From Nostoc punctiforme PCC 73102 (GTDB lineage Bacteria > Cyanobacteriota > Cyanobacteriia > Cyanobacteriales > Nostocaceae): 32,000 bases of DNA. The stretch is from the NCBI RefSeq assembly GCF_000020025.1, contig NC_010628.1:1500001-1532000 (forward strand), written 5' to 3'. Of this stretch, positions 23,652 to 30,907 are shown piece after piece (the first letter of the stretch is position 1; every line of letters starts with the position of its first letter). The notes below the pieces were generated by a model, which saw only the letters and a list, made by a program, of their open reading frames with translations, searched no databases and was not told the origin of the DNA. A program made the position numbers and the translations under genes.

Positions 23652-25831
23652 TCCACCTGTGTATATGCACGCACGACATTTTTAATGATTTCCAGACCGA
23701 CTTCTCCCGCTAAAGTCATGATTGATTCTGGATGAAACTGAACGGCGGCGATGGGAAGTGTCTGATGTTCAATACCCATAATTACGTTGTCATCAGAAAT
23801 CGCTGTCACCTTCAGTTCTTGGGGTAAATGTTGCGGGAGAGCAAACAATGAGTGATATCTACCCACGGTAAAGGATTCTGGTAAATTCTTGAAGGTAACG
23901 GAATCGGAATCAGTAACGAAAATCCGTGAAGATTTCCCATGTTGAGGATAGTTGAGAACTCCCAATTGTCCATCAAAAGCTTCTACGATGCTTTGCAGAC
24001 CTAGACAAACTCCAAAAATGGGAATTTTGCGATGAAGAAGCGCCCCGACAGTCTGGGGAACCCGAAAATCACTTGGTCTACCAGGGCCAGGAGATAAAAC
24101 AACTAAGTCAGGGCGTTCTGTATCGAAGAGCGTTTCTGAGAAACCATGACGTAATGTGGTGACGCTTGCACCAGTTTGGCGAATGTAATTAGCTAATGTA
24201 TGAACAAAAGAGTCTTCATAGTCTATTAGTAAGATGCGTTTGCCAGTTGCCACACAAGGTAGGATTTTAGTTGATTTTATGGAACTGGATTCATCAATTT
24301 TGTGACTGCTTTGCTTAACACGGCGAATCGTTTCAAATAAAGCAGCCGCTTTGGTGATTGTTTCTTGTTCTTCTGCTTGGGGTATGGAGTCATAAAGGAC
24401 AGTCGCCCCAACTCGCACTTCGGCGATGCAGTCTTTTAATCGAATTGTCCGCAGAATTAAGCCAGTATTTAAATTCCCATTGAAATTTAAATAACCGACT
24501 GCGCCACCATACCAACGTCGGGCGCTACGTTCGTGCTGTTCAATAAAATCTATTGCAGCTTTTTTGGGTGCGCCAGTGACTGTAACCGCCCAAGTGTGGG
24601 AAAGAAAGGCATCTAAAGCATCAAATTGCGATCGCAGTGTCCCTTCAACATGATCTACTGTATGAATTAAATGGCTGTATAATTCAATTTGGCGACGACC
24701 AATCACTTGTACTGAACCAGGTTCGCAGATTCGGGATTTGTCATTGCGATCGACATCAGTACACATGGTCAACTCAGCTTCATCTTTGTGGGAGTTGAGT
24801 AAATGACGAATTTGCACCGCATCGTCAAGAGCATCTAGTCCCCGGCTAATAGTGCCACTAATAGGACAAGTTTCTACCCGTTTCCCTTCAACTCGCACAA
24901 ACATTTCTGGAGATGCGCCAATTAAATATTCTCCACCTAAATTAAAAATAAACCCATAAGGACTAGGATTTATATCCTTTAAAGTTTCAAAGAGTTTGCT
25001 GGGCTCATCTTCATAGCCTTCAAAAAAGTTTTGGCTAGGAACAACTTCAAATAAATCGCCTCGGCGGAAATAATCGAGTGCAGACTCAACTTTTTTGGCA
25101 TACTCGCCTACTTTATGGTCAGCCGTTTCATTAGGGGTAAGATGTTTGCCTCGATAATCAACAGACTCACCAGTTCGAGGCAGATTCTTTGTATTGCCGT
25201 GCGCTGTTTCAAAATCATACTGTAGACGAAATGCGCGTTGCTGATAGTAGTCAACAACTATCAATTCATCTGGCAAATAAAGCACCAAATCGCGCTGATC
25301 TTTAGGACGTTCCAGACTTTGGGTTATTGGTTCAAACTGAAAAACTAAGTCATAACCAAAAGCCCCATACAATCCTAAATGTTCATCTTCTTGGCTAGAG
25401 AAAGTATGTAAAATTTCGCGGACAACTGTAAATGCCGAAGGTTGTTTACTGCGTTCTTCTTCAGTGAATAATCTCTTGGTAGATTTAACAAAGCCGACAA
25501 TATTATTATTGTCTAGGGTAACTTTCTCAAGTTGGAGTGAGTTGGATAAACACTCTAATAGTAAAGGTAAAAGTACTAGACCGCGTTCATTCAGCGCTAT
25601 CAAATTGAAAGCATTTTCCTGTGTAGTCAATTCCAATGGTGGATTGACAAATCCGATCGCCCATCTTTTATATCTCCCTGGATATTCGTAGCTGCTTCTT
25701 AACAAACCGCCACGCTGAGAATTTAAGTGAAACAGAATATCTTCGAGGGCAGTGTCCATCTTCACTTCGGTGATGGAGCGAGAAACAATTACGCCGCCAA
25801 GGGTTTTGTAGGAACGGGAATTAAAAATCAT
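23627..25831 (-). CDS. trpE: anthranilate synthase, fused component I / glutamine amidotransferase component II
   Basis: 734 aa. The N-terminal chorismate-binding part contains SSYEYPGRYKRW, as in fused TrpE(G) proteins. The C-terminal class-I GATase part has GVCLGLQ and QFHPES. Confidence 0.95.
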   Translation of the reverse strand: MIFNSRSYKTLGGVIVSRSITEVKMDTALEDILFHLNSQRGGLLRSSYEYPGRYKRWAIGFVNPPLELTTQENAFNLIALNERGLVLLPLLLECLSNSLQLEKVTLDNNNIVGFVKSTKRLFTEEERSKQPSAFTVVREILHTFSSQEDEHLGLYGAFGYDLVFQFEPITQSLERPKDQRDLVLYLPDELIVVDYYQQRAFRLQYDFETAHGNTKNLPRTGESVDYRGKHLTPNETADHKVGEYAKKVESALDYFRRGDLFEVVPSQNFFEGYEDEPSKLFETLKDINPSPYGFIFNLGGEYLIGASPEMFVRVEGKRVETCPISGTISRGLDALDDAVQIRHLLNSHKDEAELTMCTDVDRNDKSRICEPGSVQVIGRRQIELYSHLIHTVDHVEGTLRSQFDALDAFLSHTWAVTVTGAPKKAAIDFIEQHERSARRWYGGAVGYLNFNGNLNTGLILRTIRLKDCIAEVRVGATVLYDSIPQAEEQETITKAAALFETIRRVKQSSHKIDESSSIKSTKILPCVATGKRILLIDYEDSFVHTLANYIRQTGASVTTLRHGFSETLFDTERPDLVVLSPGPGRPSDFRVPQTVGALLHRKIPIFGVCLGLQSIVEAFDGQLGVLNYPQHGKSSRIFVTDSDSVTFKNLPESFTVGRYHSLFALPQHLPQELKVTAISDDNVIMGIEHQTLPIAAVQFHPESIMTLAGEVGLEIIKNVVRAYTQVEESLVIGH

Positions 25832-26225
25832 GGGTAATTTCTCTGTAAGAGTGATTAGTCAAAAGCTATTAATGATTATTAGTAGTTATTTATAGGCAGA
25901 TAAAAATTTAGATGATTCGATATCAATCTAAATCAAGCTATTTCAATCTGCGAATTATTGGTGGAAAATGTAATTAAAAACTTTTTGCTTCTTATTTAAG
26001 ACTACTAGATGTCAAGCAGATAATACATTGAATAATTTTTCGATTGGGTGTCAATTTATTCGCTTTTTATACTAATTGATTGTCATCTCTGGTAATTTTG
26101 CTTGAGCTTATTTGCCTCTCTCAAAAGTAAGATATATCTGAAATTTCAGGATTAAATCTATGCTTTTAAAATTCAATCCAGCCTTTGAATGTAACTTGTA
26201 AAATATCTTGTTATTTCTCAGCGTT

Positions 26226-26283
26226 CTCTGTGCCTCTGCGGTTTAAAAATTTATTGAACCACAGAGGCACAGAGGGCACAGAG
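26226..26283. repeat. dispersed hairpin repeat with an 18-bp stem
   Basis: CTCTGTGCCTCTGCGGTT (26226-26243) pairs with AACCACAGAGGCACAGAG (26257-26274) with one mismatch, followed by a GGCACAGAG direct repeat. It lies just downstream of aroB on the transcript. Confidence 0.7.
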
Positions 26284-26309
26284 TAAAGAGAAATATTAGT
26301 CCTACAATC

Positions 26310-27494
26310 CTAAAATTCCTGCAATAGTGATATTGCTTGCCTATACAACAACAAATTTACTTCATGAACTTCAATTGCTTTTCCAATATTTTTTAGCAAT
26401 GTTAAAGTCAATTCTCCACCCAAGTGTTCGCGGAACTCAGTTAAACCTCGAAACAAACAATCAGGATGTTCCTGTTGTGATAATTTCTGGGCCAGTTCTG
26501 GCACATACAGCGTGAAACCCAACGCTGATAAAGTATTTAATATTCGTTGCCATTCTGAGCAATCAAGCAATCCTGCTAAATAAGAATAAGTGCTATCCAA
26601 AGCAATACCGATCGCAACAGCTTCGCCATGACGCAAGCGATAATTTGTCAAATGCTCCAGTTTATGAGCCGCCCAATGTCCAAAATCTAGGGGACGAGAC
26701 GAACCCATTTCAAAAGGATCGCCGCTATTGGCAATATGTTCTAGGTGCAACTGGGCGCAACGATAGATAACCTGTTGCATAGCATCCATGTCTCGCCGCC
26801 CAAGGGCTTTGCTGTGAGAGTGGATAAAATCAAAAAAGTTAGCATCCTTAATCAGCGCCACTTTCACGGCTTCTGCAATCCCAGAACGCCAATCGCGATC
26901 GTCTAGGGTTGTCAAGAACGCAGAGTCATTTATAACTGCATAAGGTGGCGCAAATGTGCCGAGAAAGTTCTTTTTACCAAAGGCATTAATGCCGTTTTTC
27001 ACTCCAACCCCAGAATCATTTTGTGCTAACACCGTTGTCGGAACCCGAATCAGGCGAATTCCCCGGTGAGCAGTTGCAGCAGCATATCCTACCAAATCCA
27101 ATACAGCTCCGCCCCCGATCGCTAACACATAAGAATGGCGACATAATCCGGCTGTTTCAATGAGTTGCTGGATTTGCTCTACTAAAGTGCGATCGTTTTT
27201 GGCAGCTTCTCCTCCCGAAATTATCATGGGTTCAGCTGCGATCGCTAGTACCTCTCCATAAAACTTGGTATACGCAACTAATTGCTTCACTAATTCCGGT
27301 TGATACTTTAATATTCCTGCGTCTATTACTGCAACTACTTTCTTCGGCTTTGTCTCCTCATCTGCCGAAATTACTTGCGCTAAGGTGGGGTTTTTCAACT
27401 CAAATAAATTTTGGGTGAAATAAACCTCATAATTAAAACTAACCGAAACACGTTGATGAATTAATCTACTTTTTTGCTTGATGTCAACTATCAT
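26310..27494 (-). CDS. aroB: 3-dehydroquinate synthase family protein (divergent sugar-phosphate cyclase fold)
   Basis: 394 aa with the GGGAVLDLVGYAAA nucleotide-binding region and metal-binding His residues (HWAAHKLEH, RHGEAVAIG). Its start overlaps the dsbA stop by 4 nt (ATGA). Confidence 0.85.
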   Translation of the reverse strand: MIVDIKQKSRLIHQRVSVSFNYEVYFTQNLFELKNPTLAQVISADEETKPKKVVAVIDAGILKYQPELVKQLVAYTKFYGEVLAIAAEPMIISGGEAAKNDRTLVEQIQQLIETAGLCRHSYVLAIGGGAVLDLVGYAAATAHRGIRLIRVPTTVLAQNDSGVGVKNGINAFGKKNFLGTFAPPYAVINDSAFLTTLDDRDWRSGIAEAVKVALIKDANFFDFIHSHSKALGRRDMDAMQQVIYRCAQLHLEHIANSGDPFEMGSSRPLDFGHWAAHKLEHLTNYRLRHGEAVAIGIALDSTYSYLAGLLDCSEWQRILNTLSALGFTLYVPELAQKLSQQEHPDCLFRGLTEFREHLGGELTLTLLKNIGKAIEVHEVNLLLYRQAISLLQEF

Positions 27495-28135
27495 ATTTTT
27501 GCGGGTATATCTAAAAGTGCAGTACTATTCAAAGCTTCAAGGAATACCTCTACTGAGTGAGAACCATTGACCTTGACTTGATTATTCATGATGAAAAACG
27601 GCACGCTGTTGATGCCATTTAAGCGAGCAAATGCCGATTCAGCAACAACTGCATCAACGACATCGCGATCGTTTAATTGCAACTTTAATTCGGTAGCATT
27701 CATCTGGTATGCTGTACCGATGGCAACAATAACGTTAATATCTCCAATATTCAAACCCTCTTCAAAGTAAGCTCTATAAATAGCTTCAACGACATCATTT
27801 TTTATGTTTGTCGGTGCTAATGCAATCAGTTGGTGAGCAAGCTTAGTATTGACAGCCAAACGGATTTTTTCAAAATCTAGCTTAACTCCAGCCGCCTCAC
27901 CTTCGCGTTGCGTATAATCAAACAGATGTTGCAGTTCTTCCGCTTTAATGCCCTTTCTATTTTGCATAAAGTTTCTAAATTCGTACCCCTCAGCAGGAAC
28001 AGTATCATCCAGAAGAAAGGGATGCCATCGGATATGTACTTCTTGTTCTTGCCATTTTGCCAGTGCATCAAACAGATGTTTTTTCCCAATTCTGCACCAA
28101 GGGCAAACGGTATCATGAAAGATATCTATTAGCAT
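27491..28135 (-). CDS. dsbA: DsbA-family thiol:disulfide oxidoreductase (FrnE-like), no signal peptide seen
   Basis: 214 aa with the CPWC active site at residues 11-14 (DTVCPWCRIG). Confidence 0.85.
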   Translation of the reverse strand: MLIDIFHDTVCPWCRIGKKHLFDALAKWQEQEVHIRWHPFLLDDTVPAEGYEFRNFMQNRKGIKAEELQHLFDYTQREGEAAGVKLDFEKIRLAVNTKLAHQLIALAPTNIKNDVVEAIYRAYFEEGLNIGDINVIVAIGTAYQMNATELKLQLNDRDVVDAVVAESAFARLNGINSVPFFIMNNQVKVNGSHSVEVFLEALNSTALLDIPAKI

Positions 28136-28203
28136 AGTTTTCTTTATTCATCCATTTCTTGATGAGGCTGCACTAAACTTTATTGCCTCTCTTTCTTCCT
28201 TCT

Positions 28204-28250
28204 CTACGAGACGCTGCGCGAACGCGTTCTTTATGCCCTTTGCGGTTCGT
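28204..28250. repeat. half copies of two dispersed repeat families
   Basis: CTACGAGACGCTGCGCGAACGC resembles 10353-10375. CCCTTTGCGGTTCGT resembles 21236-21252. Confidence 0.5.
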
Positions 28251-28270
28251 TCATCATAAAAAATTGTTAT

Positions 28271-29350
28271 TCAAATGCCAATATTCTGTGGCTTAAAATC
28301 TCTTTTGAGAGCCGTTGTATTTAAAGGCTGGAGAAAACTGTTAATTTTCCCTTCAAAAAAACTTTGAGTATTTTCAAACTCTTTAATTAATGCCTCTCTA
28401 TCCTTCCTAGCCACCAGTCTAGCCAAACGGCTGTAAGTATTAGCTAAAAAACTAATAGCATTACATCTTTCTTCAGTAGCTAGCATAATATCAACACATA
28501 AATTAGGATTTTGAGCAAACAAACGTTTCACAATATCAATTTCTTGACGATAATTAGGAGTTGACATTGTTAAACTCTGCTCTATCTCCACCCTTGCTTG
28601 TGCTAAGAAAACGCCCAGACTAAATCTACAAAAATGCTGCGTTGCTTGAATAATCACCATCATCCGATCGTGTTCTTCAGGCGTGCAAACAATTAATTCA
28701 CCACCTTTACTTTTAAGAAAGTCTAATAACCATTGAAATGAATCATCATTTCGACCTGGACACACGACCACCTTTTGTCCCAAAAACGATTTAATATTTG
28801 GCCCAAACATTGGATGTAAACCCATGACGGGACCACAATGGTGTTCGAGCATTGCTTGAGTTGGCTGTGTTTTAATACTTGTGATGTCACACAAAGCTGT
28901 ATTTGAGGCAAGATATTTTGCTGCCCGCTTGATAACATCAACCGTATGTTCAATAGGAACACTTACTAATACTAATTCTGCTTGACTTAACAGTTGCTCT
29001 GCATATTCCCAATCTTCATGTTCAAGAATGCTAACATTATGACCTACTAGCGAAAGCTGCTCTTGAAATAATCTTCCCATCCTGCCGCGTCCACCGATGA
29101 TGGTAACTTGTCGAGGACTGGCATGGTTTATAGCAGATTTAGGGGTAAGGCTGGCATGACAACTATTTACTACACCTGCCCAAACAGACTCAGGAATACC
29201 AGCTTGAGCGAGTAGGGGAGCGACACTAGCCAGTTGTTCATCTAAAGAAGGCTGTTCTGATGCTAATAATGATATGCGATCGCTAAGTAAGGCGATCAAG
29301 CTCTGGTCAGTTTTTTTAAGCTGATCTGAATAAGAGGATTTCAGAGGCAT
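28271..29350 (-). CDS. tyrA: prephenate dehydrogenase of the enterobacterial T-protein type, with a short degenerate chorismate-mutase-like N-terminus
   Basis: The stretch from IIGGRGRMGRLF through GLHPMFGP to QATQHF aligns along the whole length with my recollection of E. coli TyrA. The track start at 29368 is a TTG, and the ATG at 29350 has GGAAG upstream. Confidence 0.9.
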   Translation of the reverse strand: MPLKSSYSDQLKKTDQSLIALLSDRISLLASEQPSLDEQLASVAPLLAQAGIPESVWAGVVNSCHASLTPKSAINHASPRQVTIIGGRGRMGRLFQEQLSLVGHNVSILEHEDWEYAEQLLSQAELVLVSVPIEHTVDVIKRAAKYLASNTALCDITSIKTQPTQAMLEHHCGPVMGLHPMFGPNIKSFLGQKVVVCPGRNDDSFQWLLDFLKSKGGELIVCTPEEHDRMMVIIQATQHFCRFSLGVFLAQARVEIEQSLTMSTPNYRQEIDIVKRLFAQNPNLCVDIMLATEERCNAISFLANTYSRLARLVARKDREALIKEFENTQSFFEGKINSFLQPLNTTALKRDFKPQNIGI

Positions 29351-29364
29351 TTTTCTTCCAATTT

Positions 29365-30654
29365 TCAAATATCAACAAGTGATTGCTTAGAACTCATTTC
29401 TGGCAAAATATCCAAGTTTGTTGCTCTTTTGGCGATCGCATCAGCAAATAGCTCTTCATATCGGTCTAGCGCTTGCTCAAAGGAATAGTTTTCTACCGCA
29501 AACTTTCTTCCTTTACATCCTAATTGCGCTGCTAATTCCGGCTGATGATATAAATCCAGCACCGCCGCAGCCAAAGCACCTGCTGACTCTGGTTCAACGA
29601 TAACACCACCACCACTTTCTCGGATGGCTTTGGCAGCAGTCCCAAGGGCGGGAACTGAACCCACAATTGGGCGACCACTAGCTAACAACAGTGGTATTTT
29701 AGAAGGCATATTGAAGGAAATCACATTGCACTTTTGTACAATCAACCCCACATCTGCGGCTGCTAACATTTGTGGTAGTTTTTCTCGCGCTTGCAACGTT
29801 AAAAGCAAAACATTATCTGCACCACAAGCAAGACAATGTTTTTGCAACCTTTCGAGTGCTTGAGATTCGCCTGCTACGACAAAGATAATTTCTTTTAGAT
29901 GACGTAAACGGGCTGCTGCTTCTATTACTGTTTCCAAACCTTGCGTGAGAGCAATATTACCTGAATAAAGCACTACAAATTTACCATCGAGTTGATGGGT
30001 AGCTCTCCAAGAGTTATTTACCTTTGGTAAAGGGCGGATAAAATTTAGATTTACCCAATTGGGAATGCAGGCAATTTTATTAGCAGGTACACCTTTATTT
30101 ATGAGATTATCTACAAAGCCATCGGCAATGACGCTAATGGTATGTGCAGTTCGGTAAGCAAATTTCTCTAAAGCTTCCAAAGCTTGAATCATCAACTTAT
30201 TCTTAATTAGACCAACACGTACACCAGCTTCCGGGAGGATATCTTGCACATTCAGCACTACTGGGCAGTTGTATAGCCAACCTATCAAAGTTGCAGGTAA
30301 ACAAACTAGTAGCGGTGGTATTGTTAAGAGAATTACATCAGGTCGCTCGCCCTTGAGGGCTTGTGGCAAACTTGTAAAGACAAAGCTCAACTCTAGCAGT
30401 AGTCGGTCTATAAGGTTGGGTTTAGATTTAATCCGCAGGTAACTACGCTGAATTTTGACACCATTTTTCTGTTCAGTAACGTATAATTTACCCCGATAGC
30501 GATCGTAAATCTGGCGCTGAGGATAGTTAGGCATACCTGTAATTACCCGCACTTGATGCCCTCGCTTCACTAGGCCTTCTGCTAGTTCAGTCATCAAAGG
30601 TGCAATACCAATTGGTTCTGGATGATAGTTGTATGAATAAATCAGAATTTGCAT
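29365..30654 (-). CDS. GT4-family (WcaI/WbuB-like) glycosyltransferase
   Basis: 429 aa with a GT-B two-Rossmann layout. The N-terminus reads MQILIYSYNYHPEPIGIAP, and a C-terminal EX7E-like region reads VIVEPESAGALAAAV. Confidence 0.9.
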   Translation of the reverse strand: MQILIYSYNYHPEPIGIAPLMTELAEGLVKRGHQVRVITGMPNYPQRQIYDRYRGKLYVTEQKNGVKIQRSYLRIKSKPNLIDRLLLELSFVFTSLPQALKGERPDVILLTIPPLLVCLPATLIGWLYNCPVVLNVQDILPEAGVRVGLIKNKLMIQALEALEKFAYRTAHTISVIADGFVDNLINKGVPANKIACIPNWVNLNFIRPLPKVNNSWRATHQLDGKFVVLYSGNIALTQGLETVIEAAARLRHLKEIIFVVAGESQALERLQKHCLACGADNVLLLTLQAREKLPQMLAAADVGLIVQKCNVISFNMPSKIPLLLASGRPIVGSVPALGTAAKAIRESGGGVIVEPESAGALAAAVLDLYHQPELAAQLGCKGRKFAVENYSFEQALDRYEELFADAIAKRATNLDILPEMSSKQSLVDI

Positions 30655-30824
30655 GAACTGTTAATTTCCTGAAAGCACCTTAATAATGTTGGCTTTGTTG
30701 TGTTAGTTTTTCCCTTGTTCGTAAGGTGAGCGCTGCCCACCTAGTGCTGTCAAAGTTAGTTTGGATTAGACTGTAAATTTCTATTCATTAACTAGTACTC
30801 TATCAAGCGATCTTTGTAGTAAGC

Positions 30825-30898
30825 ACTTTAGTCTTTAGAAAATAAAGACTAAAGTCCTTGCTAAGAACTTGCTTGAGTTGCATTGCAACTCAAGCAAG
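30825..30898. repeat. two adjacent perfect palindromic hairpins right after the scyF-like stop
   Basis: At 30825-30855, ACTTTAGTCTTTA-GAAAA-TAAAGACTAAAGT forms a 13-bp stem. At 30868-30898, CTTGCTTGAGTTGCA-T-TGCAACTCAAGCAAG has 15-nt arms. Confidence 0.85.
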
Positions 30899-30907
30899 CA
30901 TTTCAAC

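Noticed and set aside
25832-26309. Trp-codon leader peptide or attenuator upstream of trpE(G)
   Set aside because: Reading the minus strand, I found no short ORF with tandem TGG codons and no alternative terminator/antiterminator pairing.
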